A stretch of DNA of 64,000 nucleotides from Macrostomum lignano (GCA_002269645.1 NIVC01001135.1:289579-353578), one strand, 5' to 3'. Shown: positions 25,965-39,471, counted from the stretch's first letter. Made by a program: numbers and translations. Notes: a model not told the origin generated them from the sequence alone.

Positions 25965-28900
25965 GTAAGCCCAGTAAGCCTTGCTTAACAAGAGGACTTG
26001 ATTGAAAAAAAAACAAAAAAGATGAACAAAAGAGACAGAGACCCATAGCATCTGATTAGATTCCGTTGAGCATCCATCGATTGCATAGAGAAAAAGCTTT
26101 CGTAAGGCCGATTTTAATCCTCTCTCCTAACACGAGAGTTTTAATGAATTTTGAGCATCTCAAATGGTTCAGTTCAGCAGCCTTGGATTCTGAAAGGCGA
26201 GGCCTCAATTTCCTCAAGTAATTGGAGCTGCAGTTTAGGGGAAATTCTGATCATTAGGCGGGCGCGATGGACTGGAGAGAGGCGCACAGACGGAGAAAGG
26301 GGATTAAATTAAAAACAGAAGTCTGTTAAGCCACCATGCGATCGATTGGAAATGGAATCCAGCGAATTGAACTGATGCCACGAATATGCAGTCAGAAGGT
26401 AATACAAGAGATTGGAAATCTATTTGAGTGAGCTTATAAAATGTACTTTCTAGTGGCAAGATTTCGTTTCCTGATGCGTGCGCCAGCAGATTAGAAAAGG
26501 CATTTTTGATCGATGAGCAAAAAATTTCACTGCGCCCGAAAAAATCCGACGTCACATATTTTTCCTAGTTTGCAGTGCAAGAGGTAGGGAGGAAGCAAAG
26601 TAGAAAGCACAGGTGAGACTTGTTCCAGATGGAAATTATTATTATTCTTGTCCACACACACACGCACGAACCAATCGGCCGCGCGATTTCTCCGACCAGA
26701 CCAAACCGCGAAAAAAGAGGGCTGTGTGTCCAGAAAGAAAAGGCCTGCCTCGCCTTGTTTCTCTCAGCCTCGTGCCTCCGACCTCTCTGCGGGTCGATTC
26801 TGAGAAAGCAGGAACGCCAGGGCAAAGAAAATGCTGGAGACAACTAACAGAGGGAGAGGCGGCCGCCTGAGTAGGGCGCTCTACAGCCCCGAGCCCCATC
26901 AGCCAACAAGAGTCCGGCGGGAAAAAACTCAACTCTTCTGTCTATCCGTCTGCTTTTTCCGCCGGCAGCCGCTGGTCAGGAATAGTAGGGCCGTAGCCCC
27001 TGCCCAAATTAAGCCGCAGAGAGTTCGCTGCTTCCCATCTAGCACTGTTTTGCCGTCATCAGTGCCACCGCTTCTGCTTGCAACCCTCGCCAAATCGAAG
27101 TACTGCTCGGCGTACCACATTCTTACGGTTCTTTCTCTCCCTTCCCAAAACTGCTCCGTGGTCCCAGTCCAAGGCATTGATGGTGATTGCCTGACAAACG
27201 AACGGCACATGCAATATTATATTAACGGCTCATGTGGTCGTCCTTTCTCACTATTGAGCCTGTGTGCGTATGAGCGTGCACAAGATCTGTATATTTAATG
27301 TCTTTGAGTTCTCTGACAAGTCTGTACCGGTATAGCCTATAGCCCAATGGCTTTTATAGCCACTGGGATGCGAGCAGAGATCTAAAAATGCTGACAACGC
27401 GGGCACCCCAAGTTAGTGAATACTTAAAGCACTGAAGCGAAATCAGCTCCGCATAGCAACCAGCCGTCGTCTTAGAAACGTTTTTTATGAGCGCACAGCT
27501 GAGCAATAGAATCTGTTGTTATTGGCGTAGCACAATAAGCCACTTCATGTAAAAATGTGCAGTGCAGTTGTGCAGTTTTTCCTTCGACGTAAGCCAAACT
27601 TTTTGTTCTTCGAGACTGTTTCTTCTGCCGAGACGAAGAATGCCAACTCGCGGAGGATGTCATTTTGTCTATTTTGATGCTCCTAACTCTGCCGCCCAAT
27701 CGCTCAAATGTCAATTTTTTCAAACTTCAGGCTGACTTGCAATTACAAAACACACGAGTATGCCGAACCAGGGAGTTTACTTTCTATAGTAATCACTTTC
27801 ACTTAGCTTTCACAAGCTACCAGCTTGTATAAAATTGTGATGTCTGTTCTCTGATGACTCCTGCATGCACGAAAGGAGTTTCGAATTTTGGAATGCAAAG
27901 CCGTAGTGCAATCGCATCCACCTGCAGCCGAAAAATAAGTCCCTGTGACAGCTGTGATCCCATCCTAGTCCAGTCAGGAGAGCGCGCACTCCGGATATGA
28001 ATCAATCGATCAATGCACTTCATCCAGAACAAAAATGAAGTCATAATAGCGCTCATATTTCAGCTCATGTGAGCCAGCTAGCCTATTGCCCTCGCAATTC
28101 CTTCTCATTATTGTAGCTGAACTATTTCACATCGTATTAGAAGTGCAATAAATAAGGTAGCACTTGGTGCATACAGGATACATGAGGAGGGAAAGAATAC
28201 TCGCATAACAGAGGGCAGCCAGTCGAGAGCAAGGCGGATCCAACGCTGCCTCACTGACCGTTTAGAAGTCTTATTTGCTCATTCGACTGGAAAATGAGAG
28301 ACCCCCACAACGGAAGGGGTAGGCGAGAGGGAGAGAGAGAGAGAGTTGGCGCGAGTTTAGGCTCCATGGCCTGGGAGGAATAAAGCCGAACAAAAAAGAA
28401 AAGTAAAAAGTGAAGACAGCTTATTTGCACACGCATTGCATTATCATGGCTTATATAGCTCAGGCCGCGTTTGTGAAAAGAAAACAGTAGAAAACTTAAT
28501 TTCCTCCTCCCATCGACACAACCAGAAACGCTCTTGTCACTGCGCGTCAATCCTGCCTAGTTTTTTCTTTCCTGGGCCATGCCGAGTTTCAGTTTGGCGA
28601 GGGAGAGAGAGGGGGGGCAGCGGGACTCGGATTTGATTGACTGTCGCGCTTTCCGGAGACGGGTGGAGCACAGATACGCTCGTAGAAGTCTAAAGCATAG
28701 CTCGTATATAGATACGAGAGATCGGGAAGACTATAAAACATCGATGAATTTAGATCAAACAGCCATGCACAACTCTGGGCGGTAGAAACTGGGATATAGA
28801 CTACCCTGAGAAAACTTTTCTACTTCCGAAAAAGTTGGAGATGGGAAGGGTGGCTCAGAAAGACACAGGGATCATTGATTATTTTATCCTCACAGTCACA

Positions 28901-31691
28901 GATCCATGTTAGCATTGAGCTACTGGCTTCGTGCGCAAAAAAACCAGACAATACGGAGAATAAACGATGATTATAGACAGGGAGAACAGGAAAACCAAAG
29001 GGAGATGTGAGGATATGCCAAGTAGGAAAACTGCCAACGATGACAAGTACTGGTACTGGGGTATCTATTTCATAGTTTACCCAGTATAGTGAAAAAACCC
29101 CAAGGCACACGCTCTAAGTACGTACACTAATACGACAAGCATATTCTAGCCAAAGGACACGAACGCAAAGTTGCACGGTCTGAATTTCACCTTGAGCTCT
29201 TCTCTTTGGAATGCAATAAATCAAACTGACTAACTTTACAATGCACTCACGATAAATAATACAATTGCAGACTAGCTTTCAGCCAGCATCACCGTAAGTA
29301 ATGAGAACTATTTCTCATACGAGGAACAAGATGCAGTGTCAGTAATGTTAGAAATAGCTTTGCCTCAAGCGTGTCAGTAAATAGAAAGGAATGAAGAGTC
29401 AAGAGTAGGTGGATTGAGTCTTCTCTAGCCTGAAGGGCTTCTAAAATATTGATACCAAACTGGCCAGTTGGCGAGACGCTGAGAGGGGTTGACTTGACCA
29501 GATTTGGTAGCATCGCATTACATCCAACCCGTCCTGTCCAATTCATTCTAACAGTAGCTAGAGAAGCATGAAGTCGGGGTTAGTCTGTGTTGCTCAAGCA
29601 TAAGCAAAAACCTCAGCTGCAACGGTCTTTTAAGCCTGAGCGCTTCCATTCACTTTAATTAATTGCCTTTCTTTTGTCAAGACAGAACGGGAATAAGCTG
29701 CTTGAGTAGAAGATAAGAATTCTCAAATGCAGCCCAGGAGGAAAGGGAAGATGTTGCTTTTTACAGGAAATCCTTTTGCTGAAAAAGAGGTCCAAGCCCG
29801 CTAATTTTCAAGATGCTTTCCTAAACTGAAGTTTTTTTGTCGCGTAGCCAGTGCATAAGCCGCCTTGATTATACCACTGCTAAATTGACGCAATTATTTA
29901 CTGTTGTCTTAACCAAAACACGAGTAAAGATAAACGTTCAATATAATAGAAACCAGTAGCAGAGCTACTCTATTGAGTCTTTTCCATGATTTTCTCCAGT
30001 GCGCTGCTACAAGAGTGCAAACAAGCTAAACAAGCAATCTAAAACCTGTTTGCTTATCCAACATAGCCGCTAGTGCTGTAACGTCACATTTAGAACTGTT
30101 TATTAGTAGTTAGAAACTTGTCGAAAATTCAAATAAACAGACAATCACCAAAAGTATGACAAATGAACTCATAGAAAATTAATCTGTTTGAGAAATACCA
30201 ACTTGACAAATTATCAGCACGCCTGAATTATATCCATAGTAAGTCAACAAAATGTGAACTATCTAGATAGAAAATCTTGCGAATGTAACACAGAGCTGAG
30301 GTTGTCATAACACAGATGCTATGCTCAAGATAGCCTTTATAGGTGCTCTTCCAGCCCGTCTGGCACTTGGCGTACGCGAGTAAAAAGACTAAGCTATTGA
30401 ATCACAACTTCAGGGCGGCAAATATGCGGCCCATACGAAAATGGGTGCCGAACTTTCTAGAATCTGTCATTGTGCCGCGTGAGGAATGGCGTAGACTGGA
30501 AACGAGAGCGCACGAGTGGGTGCATGAGGGTAGAGAAAGGTGGGAGAGAGGCGAGATGGAGTGTCCCAGACTCCCAGAGGAACTGAGCACAGGACGGCGG
30601 AAAGCGCGGGATAGGGCAGGTCAGACTCAGGCAGCAACAGAGAATCTAGGAAGGTGCAGTAAGCGGAAACTCCTTTTTTATTCAGGAAAAATCCCTGCGG
30701 CTTACAGTGAATCAGACTCTCTCAGCTGGCCTGGGGAGCGTGAGACCGAGGACTTCGAAGGGGAACTGAAAAGGAAAGCAGGTTAGGCCAAGTCCTGCTG
30801 TAGGGAGGACGAGCAGAAGAAGCTGAAGAAAATCATTACTGTATCAGAGTGGAGCTTTCTGACCCCGAGCCGAAGCGCTTGAAGACTGGAAGAGGAACTT
30901 GACCTGCATTTCGGACACGGTAATTGGCGGTTCGCCCCGTGTTACAAAGCCTGAGCCTTAGCCCCTTTATTATCTGCACGAATGGAATTAGACGAGGAGG
31001 CAAACGACCGACAGGTGTAGAAGCTACAGGCAACAACAAGCCCAGAGGTTCACCAGAGGCTGGGAAAATTAGTAAACCAAAACAAAAAAAACTCGAGAAA
31101 AGACGTCAGAATGGCTGCTGAGGCTTTTTATAGGGACTTTGAAGCAGCAACACAGAGAGTCTGACAGCACATGCTTACGCACATAGATTTCCCAGTGCAC
31201 TTTCTCTACAATGCTCCGTCCGCCAGAGGCGACGCAATAAGGAGTATTAAGAAAAAATGAGGAATTATTTATCGGACGAGTGAAAGAAAAAATCTTTTTC
31301 AGCTAACGGATAGAAAATCCCAATTGTAAAGCGCAGCCAGTCTTTACCAATCTGCCAGTAGTCCGGCATTCTCCCACACTATTCCTCAATTGTGCGCGAA
31401 AATCCCCGCCCATTCTGACAGGGGGAATTCCCTAATGCCTATACCGCTATAGTAGCTACGCTAAAGTGATTCAATTCCTTCATCAATTCTGCTAATACGC
31501 AGTCCAATACAGCAGCTGTCGATGTCTAGACTAAGGGGAGATTAAGGCGGGGCCCAGACATCTGAAAGGAAGCGGAGGTATGGGACAGGGCTACAATAAG
31601 CTTCTGTGCTAAGGCATGAAAGAAAATGGGACATTGATTTGGGGAGAATAAGGCAGGTAAATAAGGATAGGGATGGGCGAGGCAGAAGGGA

Positions 31692-33608
31692 CTAGAGCTG
31701 AGTCTCAAAAGCGGATGCCGAGGCGGCGACAGCGGAGCCATCGGCCAAGTCATCAGTGGTGGCAGCGGCAGAGGCATCTGGCGGCACCAGCAGCTTCAGG
31801 TGCAGTAGGTAGTCTCTGATAAGCCTGGCCGCGTGCAGAGCCCGCCGAGACTGCAGGGCCAGCTCGCCGGCGGGACGAAGCCGCAGCTTCAATAGACGCC
31901 GGCCCTCGGTGTTGAAGGCTAGAACACAGTCCAGGCGGTAGGACAGGCAGGGCGGACTAGCGGGGTCGGAGCCTGGCGCCAGCAGGTGAATGCCGGACTC
32001 GCCAACCGCCAGAGTGTGGCTCGAATCCGCTCCGACTGACAAGGCAACGCCGGCTGCGCAGGAGCCCGAGGCGGCGAGGACGCGAACGTCAAACTGAGCG
32101 CAGCCAAACAGCGGCTGGCAGGATCGGGAGCAGGCTTCGATAAGCATCAAATCGAGATTAAAGCGCTGATCGGCTTCGCTGACGCTGCCAGTTCCGCTGT
32201 TGGAAGTCTCCGCTGCTGCTGCGGCGGCTGTAGCGGCGGCGGCAGCAACTCGCCGCGGCGCAACTTGATCGCGCCAGGCCAGAGGCAGGACGCGAAGAGC
32301 GGCCGAGGGAGAGGAAGCTTCGCGGGCGGCTCGAATGCCGCACAGTTCGGCGGCTAGCCGGGCATCCAACGGCAGCCGTCCATCGTAGACATCGGCGAGG
32401 CACTGCTGGGCGAGCAGGGCAGCCTCGGCCCGGTCGCCGGTGCCAACCAGCGGCGGAACAAAAAGGCGCTTCCGGCAGACCAGGCGAACGGGACCTGGAG
32501 CGCTGGGTCCGGCCAGCTGGCAGAGCCGCTCCCAGCGGAACAGGACGTCCCCGATGCAGTCAGCTGGTCCGGTTGGCCGCTCGAGCCTGCCAAGCTGCTC
32601 GTAGAGTGCCCAGCCGACTGCGGAGGCGGCCAGAGGGATGCGGGCCAGCACGACCGTCAGAGCCTCTGAGCCGGTCAGGCGGGCATGGTAGTCAAGCCGG
32701 CGCTGGTCACCGTCAGGCAGCTGTACTGAGGCTGATGCGGCGGCGCGGCGGTACAGCGCTAGAAGCTCCGGCGCCGATGGCGGACACAATCGCGGAGGCC
32801 GGCCAGTTAGAAGGCAACGATTGAGACAGCGCAGGCAGAATTGTGCGCACCTGCCAGCCTCGGTGTGGCCTTCCAGAGCTGCCCGATCCAGGTGGCATCG
32901 CAGGTAGGCTAGCACAAGCGGTGCGGACGGCGCGGCAATGGCGCACAGGGCGCACAGCAGCCGGAAGGCGCGCTCGCAGGCGGCCGACTGCCAGTCGCAG
33001 GTGGTCTGGCGCACCAGCAGCAGGCAGAGCTCGCTGCAGAGAGGCCCGCCGCCAATGCAACGCAACAGGAGAGCCTGGGCGGTGCGTACCGCGGTCGGCT
33101 CGGCCAGAGATTCGACGGCCTCGAGTAGGCGCAAGGCAGCGGGAAATTTCGCGGCGGCGGCCGCCTCCTGAGCGTCGGGGTGGATCAGAAGCGGCCGAGC
33201 GTCCGGTCGACCGGAGCGGCGTCTGGCCCAGTAGGCCGGCCGGTAGCTGGCTGGGTCGTGGCGCCGACCGCTGCTCCCGTTGCTGCCCGGACTGCCACCG
33301 TCGGCACCGCTGACGACGGCTGCAGGCGGCGTTGTCTGGCGTCGTTTCATCGAGCCGCCGCAGGGTCCTCGAGCCGGCGCTGGCGGTGCTAGCAACCCGG
33401 ACGCGGCAAGGTCGCGCCTGCAGCGCTGCACATCCTCGGCTAGGCGCTGCCTGTCGGCATCGGTAGTGGCGACGCGTTGCAGCAGAAGCTGGCTGGCCTG
33501 CTGCAGCCGGCCAGTTGAATTGGCACAGTTGCCATGCGGATGCTGCTGCTGCATCTGGCGCTGCCCGCCGGGCCTGGCTAAGAGGCCCGAGGCCGGATCA
33601 GTTAACAA
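31692..33608 (-). CDS. MyTH4-FERM domain protein (myosin-tail/PLEKHH-like), single exon; first ATG at 33554
   Basis: MyTH4: AQALLLRC...LCSELCLLLVRQTT...RAFRLL...PS...YLRCHLDR...AQFCLRCLNR...PPSAPEL. FERM: VQLPDG...WALYEQ...IGDVLFRWE...LVCRKRLF...DVYDGRLPL...LFGCAQFDV. Confidence 0.85.
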   Translation of the reverse strand: MLTDPASGLLARPGGQRQMQQQHPHGNCANSTGRLQQASQLLLQRVATTDADRQRLAEDVQRCRRDLAASGLLAPPAPARGPCGGSMKRRQTTPPAAVVSGADGGSPGSNGSSGRRHDPASYRPAYWARRRSGRPDARPLLIHPDAQEAAAAAKFPAALRLLEAVESLAEPTAVRTAQALLLRCIGGGPLCSELCLLLVRQTTCDWQSAACERAFRLLCALCAIAAPSAPLVLAYLRCHLDRAALEGHTEAGRCAQFCLRCLNRCLLTGRPPRLCPPSAPELLALYRRAAASASVQLPDGDQRRLDYHARLTGSEALTVVLARIPLAASAVGWALYEQLGRLERPTGPADCIGDVLFRWERLCQLAGPSAPGPVRLVCRKRLFVPPLVGTGDRAEAALLAQQCLADVYDGRLPLDARLAAELCGIRAAREASSPSAALRVLPLAWRDQVAPRRVAAAAATAAAAAAETSNSGTGSVSEADQRFNLDLMLIEACSRSCQPLFGCAQFDVRVLAASGSCAAGVALSVGADSSHTLAVGESGIHLLAPGSDPASPPCLSYRLDCVLAFNTEGRRLLKLRLRPAGELALQSRRALHAARLIRDYLLHLKLLVPPDASAAATTDDLADGSAVAASASAFETQL

Positions 33609-34599
33609 CCGCTCGCTGACCCGTTAGAGCTGTTAATAATATAAATGGCGGACCCCGAGGCCAGCCTGGCGCAGCTTCAATACAGCAAATTAAGTGGAGC
33701 AGCGACAGACAAAGCTAGCGGAGTGCCAATGCGTTGAGACCGGCAGGCCGGAGAGGACATAAATTGGATGGCCAAGAGGGGGGGGTAGAGAGTTCGAGGC
33801 TGGGGAAGGATTGGCCGAGAGCCAATAACAGTCGCATCATAGGTGAGAATAGACAGGTCCCAAAAGTGACTACTAGTAATACTATATGCCGTGTAAAGGC
33901 AACGCGTACACTCATTTTTTTAATTACTCCCGCTCTAAACTGCTGTACAGTTTGATGCGCAGCGAATCATTGCGAGCCAGGTGAGAAAGATGGAAAGTAA
34001 AAAATCTCATACAGCCAAATGTTGCACACGCGAGCTGCTGGAATGGGGAGGGCGAGTGTTTGCTCTCTCTCTCCCCTCTCACCTGTCCTTTTGGCACTCA
34101 GCTTTCCTATCTGTGCAAAGAGCAATTAATTATTAGGACACCTGGAGAGCACTTGCCAAGTGATAGACAGCCAGAGAGCAATTCAATTCGATGCCTCTAG
34201 CTGAGCGAGAAATGCTAAAATAACCGAATGGCTCTGAGTGACAACTGCAGAAATCTAAATCGAACTGAAAAAATGATTTATATCAGTGAAAAGGGCTCCT
34301 TAAATGTGATGCTACTTTAACTTTTCTCCTAATGATTTGATCATATTTATATAAAATTTATTTATATGAGGGCTGTCCAAAAAGTAGTGTTACTTTACAC
34401 TATATCTCTTATTCTGCTAATCCAAATAACATCATTTTGCACAGATTTATAGTGGCAACTCTCTTCTTCATATTAACTTTAACATGGAAACAAAAGTTAT
34501 AAACTAAAATATAGCAGGACCAAGAGGTTCGTGCCCTGACTAAAATCCTCAGATCTAATGGTTACCTTCTCAGTTTTGTCAGCCGCATTATCAATGTGT

Positions 34600-35140
34600 C
34601 TGTCACCAAGAAAGTTTCCAGCAATATGAGATCCAGGCAACCAGAGATAGATTCTTGGGATGCTCAGTTGGTTCTCCAATTTTTTGGTAAACATTTCACT
34701 TGACTTCAGGAAAAAACTTGAGAAAATGTTTAGCAAATGGCTTAAGTGCACTGTTAGGATTGTTTTTCACACTGAAAAGATGGTCGCTATGCTAGCAGGC
34801 TCAAGTCAGCTGTTCCACTTGCTCTAATGGCTGGTATTGTTTACCAATTTTGCTGCTCTGAGGATCATTGCATTTCCTACATTGGAAAAACAAAGCGACA
34901 CCTGCACACTAGAGCTAGGGAACATTGCCTAAAAGGCTATGCAATTAATGACCATCTGCTTGTTTATAAAAAATGTTGTGACAATGAACCAATTCAGCTC
35001 ATCAATTCAGTGCTTGATGGGTGCAAATTTGACCATAAGCTCAAGATTATTGAAGCTTTGTATATCAAAATGCATAAACCCAACTTAAATGTGCAGCTTG
35101 CTGGCAATAGGGTGGAGCGTGAACTTAGAGTACTATGAGC
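34600..35140 (+). mobile_element. Penelope-like retroelement 3' relic (linker + GIY-YIG endonuclease)
   Basis: AGIVYQFCC...YIGKTKRHLHTRAREH...KIIEALYIKMHKPNLNVQL; upstream frameshifted linker FFGKH.LDFRKKLEKMF...VRIVFHTEK...KSAVPLAL. Confidence 0.85.
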
Positions 35141-35753
35141 ACAGCCATGCCTATTTTTCTCTTTCTCCCTTCATTGTGTACTTGGCACTTTTGAAATTCT
35201 ATTGGACTGTTTTGACCCACCTTTGGACTGTAAAGTTTGTTTTGCTTAAATATATTGGTGTTGTAAATTATAGGTTAATTGAATTTGCCCTGGTGATGTC
35301 TTGTGTTTGACAAAATGCATTGGCTAGAAAGAAAATTTTATTTTTATTTTGTTTTTGTTGACATTTATTTTCCTACTATTTGTTAGATGAGCTACACTTC
35401 CACAGTTCCACCAGTGAACAAGCCAAGCCTGGCACCATGGAAGGTGGCATTGGGCAAGAGCGAGAGAACCCGAGGCCCCACCAAGGTTAAGTAAATAAGT
35501 TAGATTGCAATGCATTTTTAAATTTCACATTTTTCACCAAAAAAGTGCTCTTGTTTTGCAACCATTGTGTTGGGTGAGATATTGATTGATAGAAAACTTT
35601 TAGATCTTTGTTTTTTAGCTTATAGAAAATTATTGGCTAAAGCTTTACAATAAAGTATTATTTTGAATTTTAAAATGTGCATCATGTCTGACACTTTGTA
35701 TACATTTTTCATTAATGTGTATTAGAACTTATATTTTATTAGATACTTATAAT

Positions 35754-36540
35754 GGCTCATTCCATATAAGCATGGTCGTAACATGACAGGCTATTTTTAC
35801 TTATAAAATGAAATATAATAATAGAATATACTAAACCAATATTTTAAATGAAAGATAATTTTGTCAAAAATATTTTTATAGAGTTTCATGTAGATATCAT
35901 CATTAGTATAGATGCTATTAAACCTTGAATGGCACTTATGGTCGTAACAACAGGATTTTTGACATATAGAAACTAAAAGGTAAAAGTCTTATAACATTTT
36001 TATTTTTGATATTTTGCAATACATTTTTTAAAATTTGACTAAGAACATCTTTAGAAATCATACTCTTTTTGTAGAATATATAAACTCAAAAAGGCAACAA
36101 AGATACAAAAGAAAAGGCAGCCTTATGGTCGTAAAATTATGGTCGTAACATATTTTTTTCTGTCAATTCAGTAACTTTGAGGTACCAATATATTAAAAAT
36201 ATAATAGATTATTTGGTCACCAATACTTTTATCTGATGATGCAAGTACTATACTTTTATCTATAGTTTGTTTCAACCTTCCAAAGCTTTCTATTTGTTTT
36301 TAAAAGGTACACAAACTTAATGATGTCTTTTGCTTAGAAAAATGTCTAAATTTTTACAAAAATGACTTTTTGCCACTTGATAGCATACTAATCTAACATT
36401 TTATCATTCATTTATTCTTAGATTGTAGATATTACACATAAAAAACATTTGGTAAAAAAATTGGCTGATAAGGCAATGGCAAGCAAAAATATTGACTTTT
36501 TTCTATTTTCCAAAAATGTCCATCTTATATGGAATGAGCC
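35754..36540. mobile_element. 787-bp MITE with perfect 17-bp TIRs and TAAT flanking duplication
   Basis: GGCTCATTCCATATAAG at 35754-35770 and its exact reverse complement at 36524-36540. TAAT sits immediately outside both ends. Four internal ATGGTCGTAA motifs. Confidence 0.85.
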
Positions 36541-39299
36541 TAATATATACTTTCCAAAGTATGATATTTCACTAATGACACATAACAAAGTTTTTGCATA
36601 TAAGATTCAATTGGCTTCCAAAAAGCTCCTTTATTGTCAAAATTGCAAAAGGTTCTTTTATTGTTAAAATTGCAAAAAGGTCCTTTAGTATCACAAAGTA
36701 GAAAAAACTTGCATATTTAATAATAAGAAACTTGTTATTATTAATTTTAAAGAAGTTCTATTCCAAAATTGCCTTGCAAAGATTCTATCCTACTTCTTAT
36801 TAAATTAAAAGCATTAATAAATTTTGTACAAAGAATAAAAAAACACTATTCTCTATAGGCCCTAGTTGCTTGTTGGATATCAATGTTATATTTTATTTTA
36901 TCAGATAAGATAATAAAGTGACCATGATAGGCAATAAAAGCAAAGTAACCTTAGGCCTTATAAAGATAATTATAGCAATATGACAGTGACAAAATATTTT
37001 AATATATATTATATTATGTAATTATGTAATTATACCTGGATATATATTATGTAATAGGCCTCATTTTTATGCCATTAGTTTCTAGGAATTGTGCATTTTG
37101 GAAGTACTACTTTTGTTATACTATACAAATATTATAAATATTTTCCATAAGCGAAATATTCTGCATATTTTGAATACTCGTATTATCATTTGTTATAAAC
37201 TGTGTTACAAAACTTTACTATGAAAGGGAGCCTACTGGAGGCCAAGAAAAATAAATTGTTTTCATTTCTATTTCAGTTTACCTTGTCTGTCTTCTTGCTT
37301 AAAGCTTGAAATTGTTCTAGTATTTTGAAATTGAAGTCTTGTTCAATACTTATTGACTTAGTTATTTAGGTAAAAGCATTAAGAAGCCCCAAAATTGGGA
37401 GAATTCAAACTGTTCTCAGAAGAATGAGAAATCTAGATCTAGAATCTGAGAAATCGCCTTTAGAAGACAGGAATCCTATCACAGGGTAGGCCTAGAGAAG
37501 TCCAGACTCAGAGTCTAAGAAACCTGCCTTAGGGCAGAATACCTAGCAAGTAAGCTATGACCCTTTGATCCCATAAACACCCAGGACTGAGAGAATAATA
37601 TCTTTAGAAGGGTATAGGAATAGGATAGACAGTGCTTAAAGACTGCTTAGGCCAGAAAGTACAATAGAAGTACATACGCTACCAATAGAAGTACATGCAC
37701 TACCAGTGGAAAGGCAATTAATAACTAGTAGATCATTAAGAAATAACCACTGTTACAACTTTGGTGACAGGATATTCAGTAATAAGAAATAGAAAAGCAC
37801 CCATGTAACAATTACATGCCATAAGTCTTTTCAGTTAGTGTATCACAATCTAGGCCTACTGAACTGATTAAGATGACAAAATGACCAAAACCAAGTTAGG
37901 GTCATTCATAAATACCTTACCCTAGTTGATGAAATAGTATGACAAAATTACTAGGCCTAGAAACCTTATCTATAATGTATTTTTAATAAAACCTACTTCC
38001 TGAAGATTTCCAAAAAATATAGGCCTAGTTTCCCTCCTAATTGAGTAGGCCTAGGCTTAGTCTAAATAAGAGTCTTGGAGACTGACTGAAATAGTAGTTT
38101 GATAAGCCTATTATTATAGGCTACCATACAATGCTGCTGTATAGCTACTAGGCCGTATCTGGGACATGTAGGATTAATCATACATCTTTCTCTACAGTTT
38201 ATAATAACATAGGCCTAGTCTATAGGAATTAGGCCTACTCTGGGATTATAGGGACAAATTTAACCGAAAAATAATTTAACGCGGGAAACTGCATTTATGC
38301 CAGTCAAAATATATATATCGGCTACTAGGGACTTTTCTGTATATAGTCATAACATATAAATATTAAGGTGTTTGTTTTGGTCGGGTCCCTGCCTCTAACT
38401 ACTTCACGAAATTCAAAGTTATTTGACGCGTGAAGCATGCCGCGATACTATTTGAATATTTAGTGCACATAAACAAAGCCGTCTGTAAAACGTTCAAATT
38501 CCTACGAGTTGCATTTAGGTCTATAAAGATCAATTAAAACAGAGGTTTTGAAAACAGCGAAAAACATAATGAAACTCTTGCAACGAAGAAAGTTAATTGG
38601 TTGTTGAAACCGATTTTTGATCGACTGTAATTGATTTTTGCCTACCAAGCGCAATCATCGGATTCTTATGCTTAATTGAAAGCATTTCTACATGTCATTC
38701 TTGATGAAGGGTAAAGCTATGACGAAAGATTGGTTGAGTCACACTAAAAGTGGAGGTCAAAGTCAAACAAACGCGAAGGCAGACCGCGAGACGGCGTGGT
38801 TATTTTCTGGCTTGTTTGCCTTAATCAGCAATTAGCTATAGCCGCTTGCCGTCGTCCTCTCCCATCACTCTTACTCTAAGTTTGCAGATGACTTTTGCTT
38901 TCATTTTATTTTGATGACATTTTTCGGGCTATGTGAGAGATTTTACGATTAAAATCTTTGTAATTTTATTTGTCTGTTTCAGTACGAATATTTTAAATCT
39001 CAATTGAACGAGCTACAATAATGGTGAACATGTAATGGTATTAAATAAATGAGGCGTAAAGGCGGTGGTTCATTAATATATATTTGAGAACAAGATAGTT
39101 CGCAAGAGGGCAGAAGAAAGGTAGCCGTTTGATTGTGCATGGGTGCTTTATACTTAGGCCACTGCATGGTCAGATCGTCATATTCCATTTCGTCAGATCG
39201 GATGATGCAGTGAAAGGAGCTGGTGGACTTAATTCATTTACTATTTACGAAGGTTATGGTTTTCTAAGTAAATGGAAAATTCATTTCCATTCATCACAA

Positions 39300-39471
39300 A
39301 ATGGAAAAGGATTCTGAAGCAGCGACAGTAGAAAGCGCTCAGCCGCAATCCAGAAAGATTCAGCACAGCAACCAGTTAAGAAGAGAAGATGTCTAGCAGG
39401 AAAGGGTACAAGCAAAGGGGAGAAAAAGAAGCAGCGTCGCAGAAGCAGCGCTATTTGAACTTTTTGACTAG
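39300..39471 (+). pseudogene. Possible basic C-terminal tail of a Polinton core-protein gene directly upstream of the capsid gene
   Basis: QPVKKRRCLAGKGTSKGRKRSSVAEAALFELFD* ends 9 bp before the MCP ATG, as in the usual Polinton core-protein/MCP arrangement. Sequence support is weak. Confidence 0.35.

Noticed and set aside
29289-29546. PIF1/Helitron helicase-like words (SPTG...INI...TLHSF)
   Set aside because: The spacing is wrong by about 14 residues and there is no Walker A or other helicase motif.
30343-30786. 147-aa ORF with LAYASKK resembling the Gypsy RNase H AYASR motif
   Set aside because: No downstream E.E..A or TDH motifs, and a non-ATG start.
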